Positions 44,262-56,790 of a DNA stretch of 64,000 bases are shown here, in pieces (position 1 is the first letter of the stretch; each line of letters starts with the position of its first letter). Under the pieces are notes generated by a model, which was not told the DNA's origin, did no database searches, and was given only the letters and a program-made list of their open reading frames with translations. Both the position numbers and the translations under genes were made by a program. The DNA comes from Eledone cirrhosa (taxonomy: Eukaryota): NCBI GenBank assembly GCA_964016885.1, contig OZ024743.1:108934001-108998000 (forward strand), in the 5' to 3' direction.

Positions 44262-44985
44262 TGTTTTCAATTTGCCAAGCTGTCTAAACGTAATGTTATT
44301 ACTCTAAGGTAAAATACCTTATTGAGTGCTAACTGCACATTCCGATTGCAATACTTAGCATAGCTGCAGCCAGAGCTTGGATTATGCTGAATTTACATTT
44401 GTATTATTATCTCCCAGATTTAATGATTAATTGATGAATTTATTTAGACAATTCTATTGATTGGATAATTATTTATGTTTGGTCCAGTGCTTTATTCGGT
44501 TTGTGGAAAGGAATTTATTCCTTTGTTCAAAATTTGAATTTCGACCGCCGAAACCCGGGGCTTACCTCCCTTTGGGAAAACCACGTGACCACCAGCAGTC
44601 TTATTGCTATAACTCAGACCCGGCAGCGGCATAGAATGGAAACCAGTTGAGAAAGTGAACCCTCTGTTCGATCTTCCATACCCAATAACTTGCATACACA
44701 CAAGTGGATTTTGTTGATTTCGAATTCACAGAAACCTACGGAGATATTGCTCAATATCGACGCGATGGTCCAGGTTTGTCAAATTATCCTGATACAGTTT
44801 TCTCGCTGCTTTGGTGCTTGCCGGTGGCTTATTGGTCGTAATCTTCAATTTGAAAAGCTGTCTAAACGTAATGTTATTTCTCTAAGGTAAAATATCGTAT
44901 GGAGTTCTTAGCTGAACATTCCGATTGCATTTCGTTAGCTTAGCTGCAGCCAGAGCTTCGATTATGCTGAACTTCCATTTGTATA
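44260..44985 (+). mobile_element. 578-bp-period non-coding unit between (TA)n tracts
   Basis: Direct repeats ~44266-44404 and ~44844-44984 (aagctgtctaaacgtaatg...gctgcagccagagctt...catttgtat). Confidence 0.75.
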
Positions 44986-44992
44986 TGTATAT

Positions 44993-45117
<125 letters not shown>

Positions 45118-45268
45118 TATGTGTGTTTTTGTGTGAGTGTGTGTGTGTGTGTGCGTGTGTTTGTGTGTATCCCGGATTTAATCGCGGGGTAACCACAGTA
45201 AGTAAGGTACTCCATTATTTCTAAGGAAAAAATATTTGTCTTCCTAATAATATTCCTTTTCTCCCTGT

Positions 45269-45325
<57 letters not shown>

Positions 45326-45419
45326 TCTCTCTCTCTATATATATATATACATATCTAACTATCTATCTATCTATATGTATATATCTACCTCTCATCTCGA
45401 TAGACGAGTGCCAGTTGTC

Positions 45420-48400
45420 TAGTAAGATTTTGTTGATTTTCTACGTAAACAATCAAAAATGTATTGTTAAATTTGATACTATTTTATAGCTTGACCCCAC
45501 GTCTGGACCTTCAGACGGTGGATCAACTCATATTCACCCCTCCCTGGAGTGAAATTAGGTTTTAAAATAATTTTTCGGTAAAAAATTGTAAACAAAATGT
45601 TGTATTAAGACATGGACGCCGCGTCCAGTACTAGAAGTATTGGAGAGGTGGTAAAAGTGTTAAGCTCGCAGTCATCTCTCTCACCACTTCATTGAAAGAC
45701 GTTGAAAATGTCGTCAGTTTTGAGAGACTCGTAAACACGATGTCGAACGTTCACTGTAACACCAACACAAATAACATCGAAAATTCAAACACCAACCAGA
45801 ACAACAACAACAACAACAACAACAACAACTATAATGATAACAACAACACTACCAACAACAATAATGACAACAGCAACAACAACAACAGCAACAATGATAA
45901 CAACAACACCACCACCAACAACAGCAACACGAACAACTCCACAAACAAGGAAAACATTTCCTTTGCACAAACCGTCCAAAAGACGGAACTGTTTACATAT
46001 CTTGACATCTCCAATGCTAGGGTGTTGTTAAGAGAGGCAAAGCAATATGTAACTTTTGGTGAGAGTGGTGCTTTCAGCCTCACTTCTCCTCAAAAGTTAC
46101 ATAGAGAAACTATCCTGAAAACAATAATTTTTAGGACCGTTTCAAATTCGATTAACAAACCAGTGCAATTATCCCAAAACGAAATTGAACTGGTTTTGAA
46201 GAATTCAATGATAGATATTGCCTTCATCCAAAAAGGTAAACTTTTCTGAAGCATTTCGGTGCTGATGAAAGACCAATCGACGGCACAAAAATATTCTGTG
46301 TCGCCATTTCTGTCCCCCCTTTACACCTTTTCCCCCACATATATGGGGAAAAGAACCCAGAAAATAAAAATTTCAAACATTACACCAAACGTAAACGTCT
46401 GGTGGATTTTGACTGTCTTCATCGATTTCGATGAAGACACCATAATTTCAGTGGGAAAGTCCTCCAGAGGCCCATTCAATGGTACAAGCCTGGAAGTTCT
46501 GGTCCAAATGAGGCCAGAACGGATAGCTAACATACCCCCAACGTGTGCTTCTGGATGGGAATTCATACAAAACAGCCTCAAACAATTAATCGGCCGATTT
46601 GACCTGGCCGATAGATATCGACTAGATTTTCCGACTGTGCCACTGTGGACGTAGACTAATCATAGCGGAACATGTAAATCGTACCTAGATAGGGTTCTAG
46701 TTAGAAATAAGGATAGGGACATGTTTTGCTCTCCACAAATGTTCATGGTTTCCTATTCAGATCACACAAACTAGTGCCCTGCATGGTCAACCTTGATAGA
46801 ACCCATAGAGAAGGACCCGGCTGCTGGAAGCTAAACTTGTCGTTACCGACATGCAAAACCTAAAGTAGACGGATTAGCACATTATGTAAACAGCTCTTGA
46901 CAGGGGCCATTGTCAACAACAGATGGTGGTACTCTCTCAAGAACTGGTAGAAAAAGTAGAAGAGGCAATTAGAAGCGCCAACGTAGCCAGGGTGCTAGCA
47001 CGAGAACGGCCTTGGACCAAATCTTTGACACAAAGCACAAGGGCTGCGTTCTCAGAAGCAAAATACGTGCTCTGGGTAACGGGGGAGCCAAAGTTGTTAG
47101 CTAGTCTCGGGTGACGAAGGCAAAAGTGGCAACAAGTCCACGATTCGGTCTTTGAAGGACCAAGACGGACGCGTGATACATGAGCCGAAGCAGATGTGGG
47201 CAGCCTTTCAGCGGCACTTTGCTCAGCTGTTTAGGCAGAGCGGCGCTCCGGGAGGGGCTATGCATTTAGGTCCATACCTCGACGGCCAGCCACGACTCTC
47301 GGACAGCAAGGCGAAGTTCTGCGAAAGCCGATTTCTGGTGCTGAGATAGGAGACGCGTTGAGCCAATGCGGCAAACGCATATATCCAGGTCTCGACGGTA
47401 TACCCTACGAATTTTACATAGCAATGCCGGACTTGTTCTCTATTCTCCTGGAAGTGGTCTACTGCAACTGGCAGCAGAACGCGAGAATTCCCAGTTCTGT
47501 GACCAGGGGCGTAGTCACGCTAGTCAGGAAGGACGAGAATAAGGGGGATAACATAGGCGAACTTCGGGCCCATAACTCTGCTAAAAAGAGAGTTACAGAT
47601 TTTGGCCAAGGTGTTGGCAAAGAGGCTGGCGCTCGTCGTCAAAAACCTGTTCGGAGATACCAGACATGCGCAATCCCGACCAGGTCCATACACGACAACC
47701 TCCACCTCCTGCGATACATCGTAGAGAGGGTTGGGTTTAAACCCGGTTTCGGATCAGTCTAAGGCTATCGATAGGGTTGAACATCGTTACCTGGATGCGG
47801 TGCTCGAGGCGGCAGGCTTCGGACCCGAGTTCAGGGGTTGGATTGCTGCAATGCACAGTAGCAACATCTGCTCAAGGGTCAAGGTGAACGGCTACTTCTC
47901 GGAGCCGTTCCATATCACGCGATCCATTCGTCAGGGATACTCTCTCTCCCCCCCTTCTATACGTACTGACTCGCGAGCCACTACTGCGGAAGTTGAAGCT
48001 CTTGCAGGGCATCCCTCTGGAACCTGGGATGCGGAAAGCGGCGTCGGCCCACACCGACGACGTGACGGTAATGATGTCGAGCACCTCGCAAATCGAGGAA
48101 GCCGGCACTCTATTGAAGGAATACGAAAGGTTCACAGGAGCGGAGCTGAACTGAGACAAGTCCATTGGTTTGCAACTCGGATCGTGGAGAGGCAAACCGA
48201 TGCCTTCCAATGGCGTCGTCGGACGCTGGACAAGGACCGGTGAAGCTGCTCGGGGTCTGGTTTGGTCCGGACCTCCAGGTGGAGAACAACTGGAACGAGG
48301 TGACAGCCAAGGTGTCTGCACTCATCCAGAAATGGGCCGAGTGCAAACTATCCTGGAAAGGTCGAGCGGAATGGGCGATCACTTTTATAGCGTCTGTCAT

Positions 48401-48900
48401 CTACTACCGCTTGACCGTCGTGCCTTGTCCAGCCAAAACGCTCGCCAAAATGGAGCAGCACTCTTCCAATTCCTTTGAAAGTGCGGGCTCTTTCGTGAGG
48501 AGATCCATCTGCTGCCAACACCCTTCCAACGGAGGTCTGGGGATGCCGGAGCTAACGATGCGCAAACACGCGCTCAGACTCCGGCATCTCCAATATTACT
48601 CACCGGATAACCGGTGTGGGCCCCGTTCGTGAGGCGAGCCTTCCGACGACTCGTCTCGCTGACCGAGCTGCAATCCTGTGTCAAGCAAAGACAGAGGAAA
48701 ATGGGCGACTGGCACATCGAATGTGCTCAGGCGCTCGCAGCCTTCTGACAGGCCCCCCCCGGCGATCAGTGGATACTCCACTTCGTCATTCTATGGAGGG
48801 TTGGTCTGCAGCAAGTGCGACAATGCGCTCGGAGAGACTTTAGCCGTAGGGGAAGACGAACTGGCCAGTAAGTTCGGTAGGATGGTCGATCCTTAGAGAA
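45420..48900 (+). mobile_element. Tx1/L1-clade LINE, internally deleted and frameshifted (ORF1, EN, RT)
   Basis: ORF1 with poly-Asn at ~45612-46550. EN motifs YLDR/YSDH/PGCWKLN. RT motifs PGLDGIPYEFY, NFGPITLL, QTCAIPTRSIHDNL, DQSKAIDRVEH, SIRQGYSLSP, KLLGVWFG, GGLGMP. Confidence 0.93.
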
Positions 48901-49027
48901 ACTTGAGCTGATCCCTCGCGAAACATGCGTCACACCTGAATAAATTTCATGATGATACTCTGACACACCGTTCCTAATTATTAATAACATTACTCACTGC
49001 TTATGATGGAAACCGACTATAGTATAA

Positions 49028-49188
49028 CACGATATGTATAACACAACGTACTACACTTAAACGGACCTAACAATAATTGTAGTGCTCAAGTTGGTGACGC
49101 AACAGTAACATAAAGTTACAACACAATATGCTATATAAATACATATATATATGTACACACACACACACATACGTACATACAAACACAT

Positions 49189-49222
<34 letters not shown>

Positions 49223-49381
49223 GTGTGTGTGTGTGTATGTGTGTTTGTGTGTACATATATATATATTTATTTATATAGCATATTGTGTTGTAACTTTATG
49301 TTACTGTAGCGTCACCAACTTGAGCACTACAATTATTGTTAGGTCCGTTTAAGTGTAGTACGTTGTGTTATACATATCGTG
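49028..49381. repeat. ~350-bp near-perfect palindrome centred on (CA)n-(TA)n-(TG)n
   Basis: Unique arms 49028-~49140 and ~49270-49381 are reverse complements with very few mismatches. Confidence 0.92.
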
Positions 49382-49399
49382 GTCATGTCTCAAATATGC

Positions 49400-49447
<48 letters not shown>

Positions 49448-49929
49448 AAAGATAGTGATACTCATGTCATAGGATGTTTGAGACATGACCAGGTTTGTAT
49501 ATTGAAGCATACACGAAATGTTCATGTTAATATAGGTTTTTGTGGCTTTCCTATGCATTTTGAAAATAATGCTTTTTCCCCAACTAGTTTAGCTATCAAG
49601 GGAGAGCACCCTGGCGGCACCGAATCTGGTCCATTAACCCTTGTCAAATTGGCTTACTATTATTAGACGTTAATACAAAAATAAGCTAGAGTGAATGCAC
49701 ACAAAAGATAGCGCAAGATTTAAATATTCGCTGAAATCATTTGAATGACACCAATTGCTCGTAAAAAATAAATAAAACTACGCCAAGTCTTTTGAATTGC
49801 GAGAAAGTTACAGAATAGCATTTAAATGCTTGAACACGTTAAAATCGGCTAAAAATGAAATTAAACAAAAAGAAGCAAATATATACATTACAAATGATGT
49901 TTTCTGACGAGTAGACATAATGGTTGCTG

Positions 49930-50145
49930 TTGTGAGCCAGCTGTCACGATACTCCGCTAGGGTGAGCCACCGGATTTTTTCAAACTGTCCTGGTATCGCT
50001 ACCTTGGTGGCTCCCCGTCACGATGGCCAGTGGAGAGTTCGCCCGACAGCGCAATCCCGGCCAGGGGATGATACATCATCCTGGAGATGTGCCCTGCCCA
50101 GCGTAGTTGGCCCTTCAGCAGCACGGCCTCCAAGCAAGTGACCCC
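49930..50145 (-). mobile_element. RTE (BovB-like) LINE 3' fragment
   Basis: LEAVLLKGQLRWAGHISRM..HPLAGIALSGELSTGHRD..PPR*RYQDSLKKS. Confidence 0.85.
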
Positions 50146-50234
50146 CATCATCATTAATGTCATCATTAATGGGTCGGATTGAGTCGAAGGTGTTGGTCCA
50201 TGATTCCGAGCCTTAAAGGAGGGTGGTTAGGACA

Positions 50235-50266
<32 letters not shown>

Positions 50267-50276
50267 ATGTGTGTGT

Positions 50277-50337
<61 letters not shown>

Positions 50338-50571
50338 CGTGTTACTGTGCGTGTGAGTGAGTTTAGGGTTTTATTGCGAAGCAAAATTCAATATCCTCTA
50401 TGAATATGAAAATACAATTTTTCGAAAACAATCAGGGTTACTAATATGTAGTTACTCGAGTAATTTCCATACGTATACTGGCGATGATTAGAACTACATG
50501 ACAAAATAATTACCATTAAAGTCGAAAAGATTTATGTTCCACCTCTATACATAAGTATTGAACATTCATAT

Positions 50572-50749
50572 AATAATAGCTTCTACATTTGGCACAAGGC
50601 CAGCAAATACCACAGTGCATTACTGGTACTTTATTTTATCGACACTCGTAAGGATGAAAGGCAAAGTTAACCTCGGCGGAATTTGAACTCTGAACGTAAA
50701 TGGCCATAACTCTCTGCTGCAAATCTGTCTTTCTACCGATACTGCCAAT
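50572..50749 (-). mobile_element. tRNA-derived SINE
   Basis: ggcacaaggccagc...actggtactttattttatcgac...ggcaaagttaacctcggcggaatttgaactc...taccgatactgcca. Confidence 0.9.
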
Positions 50750-50853
50750 GATGGCCTGTGGAATGGTCATATTTTCCCCCTCAAGCTACCAAAAGTAAGG
50801 TTGACGTAAGGAATTTTGAAATTGTAATATATGGATGCCACAGTAATATTTGT

Positions 50854-51039
50854 ATAATTGTTTCTACTTTTGGCACAAGGCCATAAATTCACCAGTACAT
50901 TACTGGTACTTTATTTTATCGACCCCGTAAGGATGAAAGGCAAAGTTAACCTCGGCGGGATTTGAACTCAGACCGCAAAGGGACGTAACTATGCTGGAAA
51001 GCATGGCGTCCGACCCTCTACCAATACTGCCAATCCACT
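50854..51039 (-). mobile_element. tRNA-derived SINE
   Basis: Full-length copy of the same family with clear A and B boxes on the minus strand. Confidence 0.92.
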
Positions 51040-51992
51040 ATGTTGTAATATGTTTGTGACCAAAATATATTATAACTAAACCTCATGTGTCATAAATATT
51101 TTATAAATAAGCCTCATTTATTTCCACTGAGTGGAAAATATTATACGAAATAGGACTATTGGTGGCTTAGGATTAACTTGAATACTATTTCTTTCGTTTC
51201 CAGATATATTTTAAGTAATTTATTCAAATATTGTAATAGTTATCTACTTTGTGACAGCTATAATTTCAAAATATATTGCATGCTTATTGTCCTTATATCT
51301 GATGAAACCATTGCATTTTATTTTCTGGAATTTAGTACTAGAATGATTTATAATGATATTGTTTGGATTCGAAGTTATATGCGCATGATTCGTGGTAGTG
51401 TATATTCTACCTTCAGAACAACCCTAATTCAGCAGATTTATAATGAAAAGCATCCTAGCTGTGCCTAAGCAATATCCCTTTAGTTATATCATGTATGATT
51501 ATATGTACGTATAACACCTGATGGATTCGTATGTATAGCATACTATTATTCAACATGTGAATACATGTTAAGATTGCCATACATCATTTAAGAGAGATTT
51601 GGCAGGTGTTTCTCGCTGATCAATGCCTTTTACAATTCTAAGCAGGTGACAATGAAGCATGCTTTAGAAGATTTGTTGTTTTTCCTTTTTAATTAAAATT
51701 TGGCAACAAAAATCAATATTCATATAACAATAAAAACACTATTAAATTCTTAGGATTTTATTTCAGTTTTCAGATAATTTCTATCAATATCAAATTAAAA
51801 AAAAATCACCTTTGCGTTTCATTAGAATTCAGAAGTCGACTTACGGATTTCCCATAAAAATCGATTCCTGTGGATGTTTTGTAATCAGTGTATGTCAATA
51901 ATCATCTCGAGTTAGAAAACTGCGTTGATTCTTGTTGCAAGTGAGCTAGTTTAATCTTCTGTATCTTGTGTAGTGATGGTACACCCCCCTCC

Positions 51993-52022
<30 letters not shown>

Positions 52023-52025
<3 letters not shown>

Positions 52026-52460
52026 CAAGAAATGTAAGTCAACAGGTTGAAACTAACTTCCTTTATTCATATTCGCTGCTATATATATTTCGGTGATAAC
52101 CATTATTCAACAGCTATTACCTCTTCAGGCATATATACCACTAGCTCTACAACACCTTACTTTAGGACTGGGCATATCAATAGATCGAAGTAACAGAGGT
52201 AAACTTTGTTCCATCATTATGTTTTTCTGTTTTTCTGTTCAAATGCTAGCAGTCTGATGAGGTAATATCTGTTGAATAATGGTTGTCACCGAAATATATC
52301 TAACAGTGAATATGAATAAACTAAGTTAATTTTAACCTGTTGATTAAAATTCTTGTTTTTAAATTACTCCGGAGTAAACAGACCCACCTGCGCACTTCCT
52401 TGAGTGCTCTACAACTCATACTAAAGTGTTGGTAATTTATCAACACATACTCACATTTCT
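52023..52460 (+). mobile_element. PLE-type terminus: inverted HHR-bearing arms plus tail
   Basis: Arms 52023-52130 and 52252-52358. Minus-strand HHR at 52076-52131 (CTGAAGA, GAAA, ATA) and plus-strand HHR at 52254-52307 (CTGATGA). The tail is homologous to 62490-62588. Confidence 0.8.
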
Positions 52461-54038
52461 ATATATATATGTATGTGTGTGTGTGAGAGTGTGTGTGGAT
52501 GCATGTGTGTGTGAGTGTGTGTATGTGCGTGTATGTATGGGTGCTGTCTAAATGCTCATCTTCTTTTCGGTTTACTAATGGAGGATTAACATTGAAAATG
52601 TAAAACCTCTGTATCGATTATATCAAAGGTTCCTTAATACATATCATTATACTGTTTATTTATTTTCCCTTCCTTATATATTTCCTTTTCTGGATGTCTG
52701 TACGTATGTGATTGCGTGTGTGTATGTATGTGTACGTATATGCGCGTGTGTGTGCATGATTGTATATGTGTGAATTATAATATGTGTATGTCTTAAATCT
52801 GTGATTAAAAAACAAAATCGAATACTATTCCACTGGAAGGAAATTAATATAGATTAGGGCTTTTTAGGTGACAATAAAAAAATTAATTATGATGGCAGCC
52901 GGAAATTACAAAGGTTGACGCTCAACATTCCAAATATTAACATGGCCCAAAATAGTCAGTAGATTTGCTAGAAATAGCAACCTCAGACATCTTAAATTAC
53001 ATTCGCCATAATATGATATTTGCAAACCATATTCCTGAAACGAATCATCATCATGATTACGGCTGTAAGTTTTGTACTTTCGGAATAATCTATGCTAAAG
53101 TATGGCATGTGGCGTGCAACACCACAGCAAAAACGGATATTTTTATAACAAACACTACCGTCATATAATATGAAGGACACAGTTGGGTATGAGATGCATA
53201 TGAGTTATATAATAAAAGAAAATATATAAAAATGAAGGTCATAAATTGAACACCTTTGATCATCGCTCAAATAGATATAAAATACTATATAGATGTGAAC
53301 TGTGTGCGGAAACCTCTCAGATGGACTGTAATGATAATTGAAAAAGCAAGCCACGTCCCGCACTGTGGCACACTGAATATGCATGATAATTGAGTTAAGT
53401 GAATATATATATATCAGTCGAACACGTTATCGTCCTAGAACACGTTATGATCACTAAGGAGCTATACCACATATCCGATAAGAAGAACACGCAAAGCCGA
53501 GACTGACGGAGCACCATTTCATTTCAAGAGCTTTATTTTTTCCTCAACAGTCTCAAGTTATAGTTTTGTTGATATGTAATTCAGCCTCCAAATCATACGG
53601 ACCTTAAATGCATCCTCGTTGCTCTTCTGAAAATGCTTTGTTCTGTTTCATGTTTATGTTTATTTTCTGCCATATTACGGCTTCTTACGTTGAGGAAAAT
53701 CTTGGACTTCAAATATACTTTACGGAGTCGATATATTTCAGTACCATTCAAATACTGGGTTGAGGATAGTTATCTATCCATTATTCACAGACTGCTACCC
53801 TCGTACGTCAATTAGAAACAATTATCCACTGGATCATTATAATATTTATAAATATTAATAAAAATATTTTTATCGTCACATTAATTTATTCGTACGCTCC
53901 TCATTTATGTTGTCTATTCTCATTCCATAAACGTATATACACACGCAACGCACACACAGGCACCACCACCCATATATATATTTACATATATCAATGTATT
54001 CATAAATCATAGTTATTCTCTCCAACATTTTATATATA

Positions 54039-54075
54039 TACTAAACCAGCCGTGATGCGTTGGGTCACGTTCTTT
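54039..54075 (-). mobile_element. Helitron-like 3' end
   Basis: Minus strand reads cgtgacccaacgcatcacggctggtttag|ta. A related end at 56170-56222 reads cgtgatcaatgggtcgcgggtggtCTAG|ta. Confidence 0.45.
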
Positions 54076-55129
54076 TAAAATATTTTTAAAAATATTTTTC
54101 TGCATGAAGAACTCGATGTAATCCATATGTTGAAAATGTTGTAGGTTAAGATAAATCCCGGGAAACAATAAAACATTAAAAGGAAAACAGATCATGATAT
54201 AAGTTAAAACAATGAAATAAAAAATCAAGTCATTAGAGATATACCTCACTGCTTTACGATCGTTTCTAGGTGATGATAATACATTGTAGCTATACTCCGT
54301 TATTGATCTATGTAAGGTTAGTCACAAAATATCAGATAAAGAGAATATTTACTTACATGCATATCACCAGCTGTTTTCAAAAGCAATAATAATTTTATTC
54401 AGAATTAGTAGTATGTTAGTATCATGTCCTTATTTGGAGGGTGTTGAAGAACTAACCAATCAAATTGTTTTTTTCATAAGGTGTTAAGATGAAAAGGATT
54501 AGACTTTAGTTGAGGTCATGACCCTTTGAAATGAATGGTTGAGTGGTGTTAATAGTAGAATTGGCATACAAATCTATTAGCAGGAAATGGATTGTCAAAC
54601 TGATAGTTGAATGTATCTGGTATCGTGAAGTTTAAAAGGAATGTCAAAATAAATGCTGATTAGTGTTGTATTGAGTTTTTAGGTGAATATAAATTAAGGT
54701 TATGCCTAGGAAAGATAGTATATTAAAAGATGAAAATTATAATAAGATAATGAAATACAGTAATGCGATAATATACAACATAACCAACACAATATAGTAC
54801 GGTGTGGTAAATTGCACTTAGTATAATACAGCATATGATATGGTCTAAAATACTATCAAGTATGTTTATGTATAAATAATCAAATTCACATAAATACATG
54901 TTGGCATAGTTAAAACACATACATTTCATAGATTGCAGAGTACATATATCCACACTATATATAGAGACGCACAGTTATATTGATATCCAACCAAAAATAT
55001 ACATACGCACAAGTAGATGCAAACCTAAATACACATTTACACATGTGCAAATAATCATATACACACATATCCATATATATCTATGTCTACACATACACAC
55101 CTATACCCACATATATACATATTTATATA

Positions 55130-55400
55130 TATTAGAAATTAGAAATTATAAGCTTTCACCGTATTTTAGACTAAAGAAATTCCTAGCCTGATAGAGGGGT
55201 TTATAGAAATGGAAAAAGATGAGTGTTGCCGTACGGCAACACTCATCTTTTTCCATTTCTCCGAGGGTTATAAACCCCACTATCAGGTTAGAAATTTCTT
55301 TAGTCTAAAATACGGTGAAAGCTTATAATTTCTAATTTCTAATTTCAAACTCGCGCACCGTTTCAAAAACATACTTACATGTTTACGTTTATAATTTGCT

Positions 55401-55402
<2 letters not shown>
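55130..55402 (+). mobile_element. Fold-back copy of the 260-bp tRNA-module family
   Basis: Palindrome centred on ttgccgtacggcaa (~55226-55239). The right arm and tail match 38277-38415. Confidence 0.8.
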
Positions 55403-55466
<64 letters not shown>

Positions 55467-55473
55467 CTTATAT

Positions 55474-55521
<48 letters not shown>

Positions 55522-55644
55522 ATGTTCACTCCTCATACATGTACACACACTCATATATAAACACTCATACACATATACTCACATATACAGACAAACAAAC
55601 ACACATATATATATACACACATACACACACACACATACATAAAC

Positions 55645-55711
<67 letters not shown>

Positions 55712-55957
55712 CATACACATACATAAATATATATATACACACACATAAATATATTTCCATATCATACATAGATATATATTTACTCATGCAATTACGGGTG
55801 GTTGTGTACCTTGTTGCCTTTAGTCATTAACGCATAAACCTAAGGAAGCTAAAACATTAAAAGGTAAAAAATAAGCATGAATGCATATAATTAGGGGAAA
55901 GGGGTACTAATAAATGTTACTCTATATAGGATTATAGTGAGCTGTTATTTAGAATAT

Positions 55958-56168
55958 TTAATTAGGTTTATAATATTTAAATGTACTTTGTATACGGTGA
56001 TTACAAACTATGATCAGTTCCTGCCTTTTATTTAATAAATCGTCCTTAGATTTAGTAATTTCCAAGATCTCCCATGAACATAATCTGCATTCCCTCCTGT
56101 TCCCAAGATATGGAGTTCTTTGTAAAATGGTGTTCCACGATAACAAGCAATCACAGAGTTTTATTAGT
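55958..56168 (-). mobile_element. PLE GIY-YIG C-terminal fragment (Hydra-clade-like)
   Basis: LSWNTIL...CRLCSWE...LLNKRQELIIVCNHR, the same motif set as at 3450-3693. Confidence 0.8.
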
Positions 56169-56790
56169 ATACTAGACCACCCGCGACCCATTGATCACGT
56201 TAACGTTCATTGGGTCACGTTCACTTCAAAATAAAAAAAAGAATCATGTTCACTTAAAAATAATGTTTATATAATTAAAATATACACAGACATGTATATA
56301 ATGTGAAATGAAAGTGGTAGGCCCATATATGCCTATACGTGCGTGTATGAATGTATATATATATATATTTATATGCGTGTGTGTGTGTGGGGGGGGGGCT
56401 GTGATCTATATACACTGGTCATAGACACACATACATATATACACACACACTCATGTATCTTTATATATATACACAACAACACCAATCTCCTTCTCTGTCT
56501 CCTCACCCTCTTTCTATGTCTCTCTTTCAACCTAGTGTCTCACAACCACTATCACTTTCACTCATCCTTATCTCGCTCTGTTTATGAAGGTACGCAGAAA
56601 ACCCCATATCTCAGGAATCTGTGCTTCAATCTGCAAAAATCTTGTTTTATTCCATTAGTTTCCCATTATGCGCCGTTTTGGCTGTATTACACTAGAGACA
56701 AGCAAGCAAGCTAATCATTTTAGTAATATATATATATATATGGTAATATATATATATATATGGTAATATATATATATATATATATATATG

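Noticed and set aside
45692-46249. Host poly-Asn protein
   Set aside because: It is contiguous with LINE EN/RT sequence and interrupted by a stop, so it is ORF1 of the retroelement.
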